Assembly: GCF_009914755.1 (NCBI RefSeq)
Contig: NC_060932.1
Length of the DNA: 64,000 nucleotides
Reading direction: 5' to 3' (one strand)
From: the human T2T-CHM13v2.0 reference genome, Homo sapiens
This document shows, one piece after another, positions 1 through 13,132 of this stretch (within the stretch, counting starts at the first letter, position 1; each line of letters opens with the position of its first letter). The notes beneath the pieces are model-generated. The model was not told the origin of the DNA and searched no databases. It worked only from the letters and a program-made list of their open reading frames with translations. The translations under genes and the position numbers were made by a program.

Positions 1-554
1 GGCTAATTCTATGTTTCCTAGAGAATAACATATATGTTAACTCTTTGAAATATAAAATTTAGAAATGATCATTTGAATGATGCCAGTGCAATCATGGAGC
101 TCCTTAGCACACATGGAACATGGTGATCAGGCTGAAGTATGGATTAGAAAGCCTGCTGTGCAGGGGTGACTCGCTGTTCCCCTTCTTATGAAAGAAAGAA
201 AGTGCAGCCTTACTCAACACTCAAGAGCTATATTCCAATTGCATAGGTCACATGATGATGAAGTCCTGCAGTTATTTTCTTAACTTCTTCAACCTTTCCC
301 CATTCACCATTAATGACCCAGTTGCCATCACTCTTAAAGGATAAAAGCTCTCCCACTTTTAACACATTTTTCCTCATGCCTTCTGATTCTCTCCTCCCTA
401 ATGGTCCATGCATCCCTTACGATATCTTTAAGATAGGTTTTCAGTCCTTCTCAGTCAGACCCAGTTCTGGGCTGGAGGATTAGATCCAAAATATGGGGGA
501 ACAAGGACATTCCACCTGATACCAGAGAAATAAAAAGGATCCTAAGAGTCTAAT

Positions 555-659
555 TTGAACAATTATATACCAACAAATTTCATAAACTAGAAGAAATGGA
601 TATATTCCCAGATGCTTGCTACCTATGAAGATTGAATCATGAAGAAATAGAAAATCTGG
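555..659 (+). mobile_element. Old L1 ORF2 fragment
   Basis: gaacaattatataccaacaaattt...ctagaagaaatggata...agattgaatcatgaagaaatagaaaatctg resembles the L1 ORF2 region YEQLYANK..NLEEMD..RLNHEEIENL. Confidence 0.75.
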
Positions 660-1667
660 CTGCTTACAAATCTCCTGCAGCTTGATAATACCAATAGAGT
701 GCCTTCTGCCTTTGTAGTTTTCAGCGACATTATAAATGTGTCATTCAATTGCCTTAACCTCAGTGGGTTCCTTGTATTAGGAAAAAATCGGTTTCAATCA
801 GTGTGAAAATTGATTATGAAGTAACCTGCGAACATTTTTTGAAAACTGAAGAAATGGTTAACTTATGGTATAAGTATGTATGAAACAGTATGTGACTTTT
901 GGCAGAAAATGGAATTGCATCAAATGTTAGGTACCCCTTCAAAATTTACATAAAGCAACAGGCTTAGTATGACTACTGACCCAAATGTTATTTTGAGGTT
1001 TTCAAGATGCATGTTTACTTTCATATTGTGGAGTTTAAACAGCTAAAACTGTTTGTAGACAAGAAATGTTTTAGGTAAGAAAAGGCGTTTATCACAGATG
1101 AAATCTGACTATTTGAGAATAGAAGGCTTTCACAGTTATACATATTGAAGGAGAATTAAGAGACATAGCCCAACTATTCTGATTTGTAGTAAAGTAGCAA
1201 ACTTCATGATTCAGTCAGGCTTATGCTCCTGTTCTACAAATCCCAGGTCACTAAGGAGCAACTCAGGTGAAAAGTTATAGTCATGGTACAATTGATTGTT
1301 TCATGAGTGCTTTGTGTTAGAGGGCTATGTGGGGATTTACAGATACCTCTGATTATATTCCTCTCAAACATTGGAAGTCTACTCTCTATGGAAACAATGG
1401 GGTAGAGTCTGAAAATGAGGGAAATGGGTTGCCTTCTGACAATTAGACGGGGCCTTAACCTAACAGATTGCAGCAGAAATATTCAAAATCAACGTGTGCA
1501 TGTAAGATTTGATACCAAAAAGGAGAGGAGAAAATCTTCAATGAAAACACAGAAAATCTAGACTCAGATAAACAAATATTGACAACGTCCAGATAAATCT
1601 TTTCTAGGAAGATTAGCCTGCCAGTCTGATCTTCATTTTCACGATTATGAAAACATATGTGTTAGAC

Positions 1668-1859
1668 CAATGTTTCTCAAAACATAGCCTACGTCCAAAT
1701 CACATAGAAGGGTGCTTAAAACACAGAACTCTGGACTCCACCAGTAGAATTCTTGATTCTGTGGGTCTGGAGTGACGCTTGAGAATTTCCGTTTTCAACA
1801 GTTTCTAGGTGGTGTTGATTGATGCTTCTGTTCCCACAACCACGCTCTAAGAACCACTG
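1668..1859. mobile_element. MER5A-like hAT-Charlie MITE
   Basis: Termini caatgtttctcaa ... taagaaccactg, ~190 bp, internal 'ttctgattctgtgggtctggagtg'-type motif. Confidence 0.8.
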
Positions 1860-2075
1860 CATTAAACCAGCAGAACCTGCAGCTGTTAAACATTTAAATC
1901 AAATAAGTATCTCTCAACTACTTTATTCCTTGTTTCCAAGAACCTGAGGAATATACTATGCCTAGATGGAAGAAAATATACTAGACAGGTCAAGTAAGTC
2001 TTCACTTGGCATTTATGTTTAGCGTTGTAAGTTGACAATTTGTTTTTCTGGGTTTATTCATCAGTCTATTGTGAG

Positions 2076-2756
2076 CAAGGGCATATCTAGGTTTTAATAG
2101 AGCTGAATTTGCACAATTGCTTGGGAGGAATCTTTAAGGAAAAGAATATAAAGTTTTGAATAAATTTCTTAGGTGTGAAGGTGAATCTATATCTAGACAA
2201 TAAACCACAACAAATTATAAATGGAAAAAAAGCTTGCAAGTACCACAAACATCACAAAATTCAGATGAATGGTCTAGCTTCTGCTTCTGTGCACTTGCTC
2301 TACTAGCCGCACACTGCTGGTGCTGGGTGCTGTGGTGCACATTCGTGTGGAGATACAGCCTCAGGTCCTGCACTTTGATTATGAAATCCACTGAGTCAAT
2401 GCAGGCGGTGGTTAGAATATCACCGGAAGCTTTTCCTACTTGCACAGCTAGCAATAATAACATAGGAATGGCACCAAACCATCTAAATATAATTGTACTC
2501 TATCCAAACTAAATACATTCCCAACTCAGATTGGCCTTAAAACGATTCCTAAAGTGGTCCAGGGACCTCTCCAATGCCACTCAATGACACTGGGAAAGTA
2601 TTGAGTGGCATTGGAAGAGACAGTGGTCTCAACCAATTGTAAGTAAAAGGTGTGATCCCGTGAACCCATTATTAGACTCCTTCCCATGGGCTTAGAAGGG
2701 CCCATGTTACTTAAGGACCCTGAAGCTTGAGCTTCTTTAGTCTCGCAGCAAATCTA
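2076..2756. mobile_element. Ancient hAT (Tip100-group-like) DNA transposon relic
   Basis: Left end agggcatatctaggtttt...gctgaatttgcacaatt...ctttaaggaaaagaata; right end ggaccctgaagcttgagcttc...gcaaatct; subfamily uncertain. Confidence 0.55.
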
Positions 2757-3119
2757 TGGGAAGAAAGAGAAGGAATGTCAGAATCTGATTAGATCTAGAA
2801 TCCCAACGATCTCCAGTGGTTGAGTTTAAAAGGCTAAGGGTTAGAGACTGGCCAGCACGGATTCAACAAGATAAAAACCATGCTTGCAGCCCATTGGTAG
2901 CGTATTCTGCATCACCAAGCACGACATGCCTAAATTTGTAGAAATTCTACCAGCCTTTGACACTTTGTAACTGGGACATGTTCCAGTTTCCCCCTTTTGT
3001 TCTACACATGGCTTCTCCTCTGGATGTGGGCAAAGAAGTAATAGGAAAAGACATGAATACACCAAGAAAGTGAAAGGAAGCTTAAGAAAGTGATCTCCAT
3101 GGCAGTGGGTAGGTCAGAA

Positions 3120-3353
3120 GAAAGCAAGTCGTGGAGTTGAATGACCTGGGTCTGGATTTTTGCTCTTTACAAGCTGTGAGCCTTGGCCAAGTTAGCCCCT
3201 CTATACCTGAGTTTACTTAACAGTAAAACAAAAACAATAATATTCCCTTCTTCATAAGGCTGCCATAAAGACTAAATGAGCTAATATATACAAAGCATGT
3301 ACGACAGTGCCTGACATACAGTATCACTCAATAAAAAGTTAGCTATTATTATT
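3120..3353 (+). mobile_element. MIR SINE
   Basis: gacctgggtctg...gctgtgagccttggccaagtta...aaatgagctaatatatacaaagc...acagtgcctgacatacagta...ctcaataaaaagttagctattatt. Confidence 0.88.
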
Positions 3354-4505
3354 TGGAAAGTAAAGGCATTTAAAATGTGATTTCCAAAGCAGTAGCAGAA
3401 AAGATTTTTGGACTTATTTCTACTCTCCTCTTTTAATACTAAAATTAGTATGCTTCCAAGTCCAGTTCCTGGGTAACTGCTGTTGCTATTCTAGGCCATC
3501 TGTGATCTTCAATAGCACCACGTTTGGCGTTTCCAAACCGCAGCTATATCCCGTCACAACTCCTAGTGATCTGTTGTCTGTTTATTTGCAGAATTGGTCA
3601 TAATTTGGTCCTTTTTGTATAAATTGTCTACATTAGCTCTTAAAATTCTGCAGTTGTCTACCGGGGTGCCAGCATTTGGATGGGTGTTATAACACTACAT
3701 TTTCTCTTCATTACAAGTCCTAAAAATAGGGTGCCACTGACTAACGTTTTCAGCCTTCACAGCAAGATTTGGTTTGTCAGGAAATGGTGTGGGAGTAGTT
3801 CTCATATGCACTGAAGGTGCAAAGTGCAAAACAAAAATAACTCAACAAGAGTTTAACAGCCCTTCTTTATGTACGTTATTTACAAAGGCCACAATCTGGA
3901 GTTTCAGGCAGAGCCTTGGGAAGCTTGGGAGACTCTTCTGGAAGAGGAAAAACTGCCAATATAGATTACACAAAAGGGAAGATGGAATGGAAAAAGACAA
4001 GATTTAATTTGCTATCTCTGCCCTCTTCATTAGTATTCAAGCATCAATAGAACTTTGAGTTTATTTGAACTTGGAAGAACTCTTCAATAATATAATGCCT
4101 AAAAACATATGGAGAAACCTCTAAACTATTCTTGCTTTCATTTCTGTATGTACAATTTCCCCCATCTCTCTAGAGGGTGACTACTTTTTTTCAGCTGTCT
4201 TATTTTCTTATACGAAAAAAGACATGTTGTATTAGAGAATCTTAATTGCTTTTTCACTTTCTGTGGCTTCATAATGTTTAGTATCAAATATTTTGCAAAC
4301 ATTGAGACACTTCAGAATTATTATTTCTACCCTTCAATAGAAATTGTAAATATATTCAGGAGGCAGGAGAAAAACAGTTGTCTTTATTAATAGGATTTCA
4401 ATAAGGAAAACAGGAAGCCATGATGTTGGATGCATTCTTTATTCCAGCTCTAATAAACATATTCTTGATAAAGCTAAAAGTCATAGATGAAGATAATTAA
4501 ATCAT

Positions 4506-4527
4506 TTTGCTTCTTCTTTCTTTCTTT

Positions 4528-4558
<31 letters not shown>
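4506..4558. repeat. (CTTT)n/poly(T) tract
   Basis: Pyrimidine run ending in ~29 consecutive T. Confidence 0.95.
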
Positions 4559-4561
<3 letters not shown>

Positions 4562-6064
4562 ACATTGCCATTAGTCATTCTATTACCAACTTGGAAGAGA
4601 ACTCTAGCACATTGCATGGCATTGGGATGAATTCTTTATTTCCATGCCAATGAAATATTGTCACAAACACCTTGTTCAAGCAAAAGAAGATTTAGAATAG
4701 CTTTGCTTTATCACAGCTTGCAATGTACTCTTGGAGTTAATAGAATCACACAAATGAAATAACCAAAGAGATTTCCTCCTTTGCACTTTTTGAGGTACTT
4801 TCTCATCATAAGTTTTTCAGTTTTACAGGATGGAAAACTTTCTCTTTGTACTTAAAAATCAGAGAGAGAAAAACACACACTATTTTATTTGAAAAGCAAA
4901 GACGATGATGGATTAAAGCAGATGTAGAGTGTTTGCAGTTATATAAGACTATTAGGGACCCTGCTTGTTCTGGTTTTTGTAATTTGTCCATGTCCTACTT
5001 TATATAACTCAATCCATTGTGAGCCAAACATGAAATAAGTGAATACAGTATTCCATATTTCACTTTGTCAGCAAATTTAAAAAAAAAGGTAGAACAAACA
5101 CAATAGTCATCATGGTTCTTGAATACAGAACGAAGCATTTTTCAAATCGCAGGGACCTGTAAGAAAAAGAAGGTTAAGGAGATTTTTCTTTAAACAATGA
5201 GCAGATGTGTTTGTTACTGTTGATGGACAAGCTTATCCATTTACTTCAATTAATAACAAGAGTGAACCCATCAATACGTAAGCTTGTCCTGATGCTTTGA
5301 ATTTTTTTCCTATTTGACAGGTAATAGTGGGGCTGGGAAAATGTCACAACAATTTAGTCCTGCCTCACTGGCTTTAACTAGTTCAGTGACAATGGGAATG
5401 CATCTTGCTAAGATTCCTTATGATTCATAATAACGCTGCATCTGTCGACCCTTACAGAGGGTTTAAAATCTGCGACAATTAATGGCATAAAATCAAATCT
5501 TTTCATGGGTTATTCATTTGGGCACTAAGTAAAATCAAGTTAAAATATTAATGAACAGTATGAAAATGTGGAAACTTTCTTTAGGAACCTGTCTTTTCAC
5601 ATTGAGTCATAAATGAAACCAACTATGCTTGACAAAGAAAGGCCATTTCATCATATGGTCAAGCTATTAAACCCTTCCTATGTTCTAAAAGATCTTTTCT
5701 AAAATCTAACAGATTTTGCCAGAGAAACCCTAGTGAAAGCCAATGATCTCACAAATTTTAGCATATTAGAGCAAATTATGCCTCCAGCAATATTGACAAT
5801 GGTTACCAAAATATAATCATATCAGTATATTGCTTCAGTGCTAGCTGAGCCAATAAATAAATGTTTTCCTTTGAACAGTAAAGCTTGAATGATTAATAAC
5901 TACATGGAATGGGGAGGGGGAAATTGGTATTTTTTTTAGAGGAAAATGAAGGCCATTTATACTATTCCGGTGGCAAAGGGTTTAGTACAGGAACCAGTCT
6001 CACATGCTCCATAGAGGTGTGGCAGAACTCGGAGAATGCTCAGAGTGCATGGGCGAATAACATG

Positions 6065-6548
6065 CTTTTTCAGAGCAGGAGCAACATATTCACATCTGTC
6101 TCCACAGCATCTAGCACAACCCCTCTAACACATAGGGAACTGGACATGCATTTTCTAGCAAGCAACATTCTTCTAGACCACTCCCAGCAATCCAGTTAAC
6201 CAAATGTCTCTAAGACTAAATGCATGAAATGTAAGGCTGGTAGGAGGCTTAGAGGACAGCCTTACTTAGCTCTCCCTAAAACTTATCTTCTCACAACTGT
6301 GCAGTCCCTGCCGAATTCTGTGTTTTCACCTCCATGAGGCTATCCCTGATACCCCTGAGTACCCCAAAAATGAATCACATATTCCCTCGTCTCTTTTACA
6401 TTTGTGCCTGTATAACAGAGCACTGATTGGGTTAATTCTGTTTGTCTCTGTAACCCCACTTGAGGTCTACAGACGCTTTTTCCTATTTATCTTTGAATCA
6501 TCTGATTTTAGAAACCAGCATGTCTCTAGTCCTGAGTAAATGTTTGAA
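6065..6548 (+). mobile_element. L2 3' fragments
   Basis: Two L2 3'-end-like patches (cagagcaggagc...catctgtctccacagcatctagcaca; tctttgaatc...ccagcatgt...gagtaaatgtttgaat). Confidence 0.5.
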
Positions 6549-6612
6549 TTGTGTCGAATTGTTGATGCCAAGCCTAAATTCTTTAACCAAACTTGTCACA
6601 GGAGAGCTAAAG

Positions 6613-6792
6613 TTTCTAATTTTGCTTTTAATTGGCACATAATAATTGTACATATTTATGGGGTACAGTGTGATGTCTCAACACATGTACACACTGTAGA
6701 AATCAAGTCAGAGTATTTAGCAGATCCATCACCTCATGCATTTATCATCTATTTGTCTTAAAAACATTCAAAACACTCTTCTTCCAGTATAT
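6613..6792 (-). mobile_element. L1MA-type 3' end
   Basis: ttttaattggcacataataattgtacatatttatggggtacagtgtgatg is the reverse complement of an L1MA 3' terminus. Confidence 0.85.
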
Positions 6793-6858
6793 TTCTTACT
6801 CTGAAATGTCCAATAAAATATGTTGCCCAGAGATGGGACAAAATAGAGTTAAAACAAC

Positions 6859-7293
6859 TGTTATAGGTCAAATTGTGTTCCACTGACCACCTCTGCAATT
6901 AAAAAAACTCTTATGTTAAAGCCTGAATCTGTAGTACCTCAAGATGTGTCTTTATTTGGCAACAAGATCTTTGTAGACAAAGATCAAGCTAAAATGAGAT
7001 CATTAGGAGAGGCCCTTATCCCATATGACTGGTGTCCTTACAAGAAGGGAAAATTTGGACACAGGCACATACAGAGAGAAGATGACATAAAAACTCAGGG
7101 AGAAATGGCCATTTCCAAGCCAAACAGAGGGGCTTAGAGTTGACTATTCTACCACAGCCTTCAGAAGGAGCTCACTCTGCCAACACCTTAATCTTAGACA
7201 TCAATCCTTCAGAATTACGAGACAATACACTTCTGTTGTTGAAACTACCCAGTTTGTGATACTTTGTTATAGCAGCCCTTGCCAACTAAGACA
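6859..7293 (+). mobile_element. MLT1B-like solo LTR (ERVL-MaLR)
   Basis: TG start, atatgactggtgtccttacaagaagggaaaatttggacac core, end tactttgttatagcagccctt...ctaagaca. Confidence 0.88.
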
Positions 7294-9189
7294 AGTATCC
7301 AATTTCTTTGGCCCATTAAAAAGAAAAGCTAGAGAGAAAGTAGTTTGTAATGGCATGATGGCATTGTCAGGGAAAGTAGATAATACAAGGACTCATATAT
7401 GACCTCTACAGAATATTATAAAATAGAAAAGCATGCATTCTTCCCTCCTATAGAAAAACATTATCTTCATGCTATTTCATGCAATTGCTATCTGGCACTA
7501 GCTCAGTGTACAAATGTTTTGTGTAATATGAAAATGGATCTTCAAGTAGGATGGAAAATTACATTTGTTATAATCAATCAACCTGCTCTGAAAAATAGGT
7601 TATTAAAAATGCCTTCATTTGATTACCTGGGTGAAAATATAAATGGAAAATAAAAATTCTAAATGCAGTGTAAGTATTGATAATGTGATGACTAGAGGAA
7701 CTGTATTCATTTCTAACATTAATAAATTTTAAAGTTTTATTAATACCTACAATAATACAGGTTTGTTATATTAACCATGATTGACTTGGGCTTATCAACA
7801 CAATGACTGTAAGTTAAACTAAAGGGGCTGCTATTTCTGAAATGAAAATAGAGACAAAGAAACAAAGAAAGGTGTGTTTACTGAGATAACATATGAGTTG
7901 GGATGAGAGAAACAGTGCACAAAAATGCTTATTTTAAAATTATTCATTTAAAATACTTGACATAATGTACCTGAGAAGGCAAGGTAGGTTATGTATTAGT
8001 CTTTGATTGGTTATACAGTTTTGTTTTTAATGGTTTTAACTTGATTTCAGCCTCAGAGAGTTTAAATTTGTTTTCTTTCTGACAAAACCAAGCTCCCATT
8101 CTATGGAAAAAAAACATAAGAGTAAGAAAATATAGAGAGCTGTATCAGGGACACAGTAGAATTCTTGGCTTTAAAATAGCTCATACAAACCTGCAATAAT
8201 AAAGCAAAAGAATCACGAGTATCTAGATTGTATTTCCCTGAAAGAAAAATGCCTGCAATGCGAGCCTCGGTCTACATTACCGACTAAGAAGCCAATGTGC
8301 CAAGATGTGCTTTTCAATCATTCATTACAGTTGTTTTGTTACTGCCAGATAAGCCATCACTCAGCAAACATAAAATAGAAAAATTAAAAGTCATTAAGAA
8401 AGACCTCTATGAAAGGTTATTTAGATTCAAATGTAAAAATATGTATAGCATTCATTCAATGAAAAGTAAAATAATAAGACGTGTTATCCAGGTTTCTGCC
8501 TGCAAAACCACATTCTCATTAATTCAGTAAATACTTACTGGCTACTAAATGATTTTAGCATATGGTTGGTCATATGCTGTGTTTGTACATGTATGCAAAT
8601 ATACTACATAAACTCTTATTTTATTAGAAAATGGATGCACATTTCTATTTTCAGTTTTTCAAAATAAATATATTTTTCCTTAAACTGCTTCAACTACTTC
8701 TGTATATTTCAGAAGTCAATCTAAACCTATTTTAATGTGTAGTGAGTGATTCTCATTTCTTATGACTTTGTTCTAAGTAAGGGATAGGTAAGAGAATGCA
8801 AGAAAACAGTTTGAAGAGGGTATACAGACTGCTGTCATTAAAATTTTTCTTTAAGACCTTTCCAAATCTGCCTCAAGTAATTTTTGCTGCCTAAGTTTTC
8901 ATGCCTTTAAAAAGGATAATTGGACTACACTATCAATGACAATAGGTTAAACTAATGAGAGTTGTGAACATTGAGCAGACAGTGACTTGGAGAAACAAAG
9001 ACCATTAAAGTCTCTTTTATTTTCTCCTTTTGTCACACCTACCTCCCCAGAGCACCTCAGCACTGGATCAATACAAACATGTCAGGTCTTCACTCCTAAA
9101 ACTGGACGGATGGAGATATGCCACACAACCATGTGAACAGGAGTCTCTTGCTTCAGCTATGTCCTCCATACTGCTAGGAAATCATTCTA

Positions 9190-9390
9190 CAAGTCCTCTA
9201 TCGGCTACCTCTCCTCTGCTCCCATAGGTTTTCTAAGCCTTTGCTTATCTTCTCAAAACTATCCTTCCCTCCATTCCCTTTAGTTTCAGATGATCTTTCC
9301 TCTACTTTCATCAGAAAAATCAAGACATTCAGGAAATAATTAAATGTCTTTACCCTATAACTTAAGTAAATATACATCTGTATGCATTTT
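9190..9390 (+). mobile_element. L2 fragment
   Basis: cagatgatctttcctctactttcatcagaaaaatcaagac is L2 ORF-like pyrimidine-rich sequence. Confidence 0.55.
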
Positions 9391-9424
9391 TTCTCTATGC
9401 TGAGGGTCCCCAAGACCAATGCAC

Positions 9425-10370
9425 CAATGTAAGGAATGAAATGGAGGATATAACTAATAATTCTTCAGTCATTGAAAGAATACTAAGAGAATATGATGAA
9501 CAATTTTCACTCATATTTATGAGTGAGAATTAAACCTACACCAATATCTCCAACTGATTTTCGACAAAAGCGCAAAGGCAATTCAATGGAGAAGGATAAC
9601 TTTCCAACAAATAGTAATTAGTTAATCAATTGGATATCTGTAGTCCAAAGCAATTGGATATTTATAGTCCAAATATATGAACCTTAATCTATACCTTGTA
9701 CAAAAATTAACTCATAATGCACCAAGGACTTAAATATAAAATGTGAAACTATAAATTTTTTAGAAAAATTAAAATCTTTGTAATCTAGGGCTAAGCAAAA
9801 TGTTCTTAGACTTAGCACCAAAAGTGTGATTCATAAAATAAACATTTGATAAATTCGACTTCATCAAAATTCCAGACTTTTGGTTTTGGAAATGCTCTGA
9901 TAGGAGCATGAAAAAACAAGATACAGACTGAGACAAAATATTCACAAACCAGAAAGGACTAGTCTCTAGAGTATGTAAAAAACTTGCAAGACTCAATATA
10001 TTAAAAATATATACAATTATAAAGTGGGCAACAGTCCTGAACACCTATTTACTGAAGCAGATATTCAGATGTCAAAAGAACACATGAAAAGATGTTCAAC
10101 ACCATTTCCAATCAAAGAAGAGCAAATTTAGACCAGGATATACACTACATACCTATGTGAATTGTTAAAATAAAAACTAGTAACGTTAAATGCTGGCAAG
10201 GTGCCAAGAAACTGGATCCCACATACATTACTGGTATATGGTGGTAATATAAAATGATGCTACCATTCTGAGAAGCAGTCAGTGGTTTTTTTATAAAACA
10301 AGACATGCAACTACCATACAATTCAACAATTTCATTCTTGGATATTTATCCCAGAGAAACAAAAATTTAA
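9425..10370 (+). mobile_element. L1MC/L1M ORF2 3' part, internally deleted
   Basis: caactgattttcgacaaaagcgcaaaggcaattcaatggagaaggata; aaatgctggcaaggtg...gaaactggat; ggatatttatcccagagaaa. Confidence 0.88.
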
Positions 10371-10374
10371 CTGT

Positions 10375-10724
10375 CCTTTAGCCACTTAGCCCTCTGGGTT
10401 ATGAGAGGACTTTCTTGGTATTGGTATTAGTATTGGTATCATGGTGCTTGTATTCAAGTAACCCTTACTTTACTTAATAATGGGCCCAAAGTGCAAGAAT
10501 AATGATGCATGAAATTCATATATGCCAAAGAGAAGCCATAAAGTACTTTCTTCGAGTGAAAAAGTGAAAGTTCTCAACTAAGGAAAGAAAAAAAATCATA
10601 TGCTGAGGTTGCCCAATCTACAGTGAGAATTAAGCTTCTATTAGTGAAACTGTGAAGAAAGAAAAAAAATGGGTACTAGTTTCGCTGTTGCACTTCAAAC
10701 TGCAAAAGCTATGGCCATGGTTAG
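10375..10724 (+). mobile_element. MER44/Tigger7 internal segment
   Basis: gtgcttgtattcaagtaacccttactttacttaataatgg...tgccaaagagaagccataaagt...gaaaaagtgaaagttctc resembles the MER44 body. Confidence 0.8.
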
Positions 10725-10940
10725 TGACATGGGGCAGGTAGTGTAGACAGTATGGATATGCTGGAAGAATGGCTTATTCACTTCTCGGGCAAGATATAGT
10801 AGGATGACTCAAGAATTCATCACACTAATCAGAATAGTGAGCAATTTAAAACATAAACTCTGTATTTCTGGAATATTTTACTTAATATTTTTGGATCACA
10901 GTTGACTGTAGGTAACTGAAACCACAAAAAGTGAAACTGC
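10722..10940 (-). mobile_element. MER44/Tigger7 5' segment in opposite orientation
   Basis: Reverse complement reads gcagtttcactttttgtggtttcagttacctacagtcaactgtgatccaaaaatatt..., resembling the MER44 5' end. Confidence 0.75.
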
Positions 10941-11050
10941 ACTATAGTTTTGTACAATGTTACATTGAAGCAAATGGGTTAAAAAGTACGTGGGATTTTT
11001 TTTTTCCACTACATGTAGATCCACACTTTTTTTCAAATAAAATAGTTCAG
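10941..11050 (+). mobile_element. L1MC 3' terminus
   Basis: atgttacattgaagcaaatgggttaaaaagtacgtgggat...catgtagatccac...tcaaataaaatagtt. Confidence 0.6.
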
Positions 11051-11344
11051 TTAAAAAATAATACTTGTAAAACAAATTGTCATTGATCTTGTTTCCTTCT
11101 AGTTGCCGTATTGAGTATAAACTTCTTGTTATTATATCTTTGGCCATTTACCCTTTGATTCATAGCTCCCAAGCTTTTAACCCCCTAACTCACTCAGACC
11201 ACTGTGGAATTAACAGTGACCTCTATATTGCCAAAATCAAACACATGTCAGTCCTCATTCTGCTGGGCACTCTACTACATTGGCGTCATTCCCAGATAAA
11301 AACTTTCTTATCTTCTGATTTCCATGGCATTAAATTTTCCTTTT

Positions 11345-12303
11345 TGTGGGTGGAGGATTACCTAGATGCCGAGGCAATAGACTGAAGACACAAACTGTTT
11401 CAGTGTAATAAACAAAATAGAATAAGAATAGTTATAATACAAATTAGATATGGAGATGATCATGGACAATTATCAATCATTATTATAAACATTATTAATC
11501 ATTAGCTTTTAATATTACTCTTTGTTGCATTACTAATATAACCCAGGAATAACCAGTGGGTATAGGGTCAGGTGCTTAAGGGACATTGTGAGAAGTGACC
11601 AAGAAGGCAAGAGGTGAGCCTTCTGTCACGCCCGCATAAGGGCCGCTTGAGGGCTACTTGGTCAAGCGGTAATGCCAGTGTCTGGGAAGGCACCCCTTAC
11701 TTAGCAGACTGCGAAAGGGAGTCTCCTTTCCTTGGAGGAGTCAGGGAACACTCTGCTCCACCAGCTTCTTGTGGGAGGCTGAATATTATCCAGGCCTGCC
11801 CGCAATCATCTGGAGGCCTAAACCCCTCCCTGTGGTGCTGTGCTTCAATGGTCACGCTTCTTGTCCACTTTCATGCTCCTCCCGTATTCCTGGTTCCTCT
11901 TTGAAGTTCATAGTAGATAGCGGTAGAAGAAATAGTGAAAGTCTTAAAGTCTTTGATCTTTCTTGTAAGTGCAGAGAAGAAAACGCTGACATATGTTGCC
12001 TTCTCTCTCTCTCTCTGCTTGGACTACCTAAAAGGGAAGGTCCCCCCATCCTGTAATCACATGACTTGCTTCACCTGTCAATCACTTAGAAGATTCACCC
12101 TCCTTACCCTGCCCCTTTGTCTTGTATGCAATAAATATCAGCGAGCCCAGCCGTGCGGGGCCACTACCGGTCTCCGCGTCTTGATAGCAGTGGTCCCCCG
12201 GGCCCAGCTGTTTTCTCTTTACCTTGTGTCTTTATTTATTACAATCTCTCATCTCCGCACACGGGGAGAACACCCGCTAAGCCCCGTAGGGCTGGACCCT
12301 ACA
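11345..12303 (+). mobile_element. LTR13A solo LTR (ERVK group, HML-4)
   Basis: TGTGGG...CCTACA termini, 959 bp, 6-bp TSD CCTTTT (11339-11344 and 12304-12309), AATAAA near 12130, retained CpGs. Confidence 0.9.
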
Positions 12304-13132
12304 CCTTTTCCTCTGGGTACCCCCTTTAATGTTTCTTTTCTTTTACCTGCCGTTTAAAATTTTAGCATTTCATGGAGTTCCATCCTCTTTGCGGTGGTTT
12401 TCATAGCCTCTATATATTCGTGAATGACTTACCTTATACCATGACTTCAAGTACTATTTACAGATTGATGACTCTCAAATTCATTTATTTTCCATAAGTC
12501 TGGTGAGTCATTCAATAGACATTTCCACTTGGCTGTCCCTCTGCATCACAGGGCAACACGTTTCACTTAATCTTACCCTCTTTTGACATTCCTAATTCAG
12601 TGCTCCCCTAAATCTAGTCTTCCCTAACTTAGACACTCAGAGTCTATAAAGCTCTTCTTCTTATCCATGTCTTCCTAAAGTCAATTCACACTTTTGATTG
12701 ATAGGTTCTAACTTCCTAGTATCTCTGGAATGCATATCTTCCTTCCATTCACCATGGCTGCTGCTTTTGTTCCAGTTCTCAGTGTTTATTCCCTGGATCA
12801 TTCAATAGTCTCTTAAATAAAGTCCCTGGAACAACTCCAGTTTTCTCAAATATTTCTGCTCATCTGTAATCAATGAGTTCACAAAAAACCACAAATTTGA
12901 TAACATCAAACCATTGTCTTAAACATTTCAATGATTTACAATTGTTTCCAGATAAATTTCATATTTCTTAAGTCGGTATCCAAGCCCCATTGTAATCTAT
13001 CTCCTGGTGTCTTTCCTGGCCTCTACTCCTAACTTTCCTTCCCACCCTGTGCTCAAGTTATACAGAGTTTCAGTACATCATTTCCACCTCCAAACTCTTC
13101 TATGTATTTTTTTCTTCTTCTTATCATACATA

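Noticed and set aside
11614-12357. Cluster of overlapping ORFs
   Set aside because: All lie within the GC-richer LTR13A; no retroviral or cellular protein recognisable
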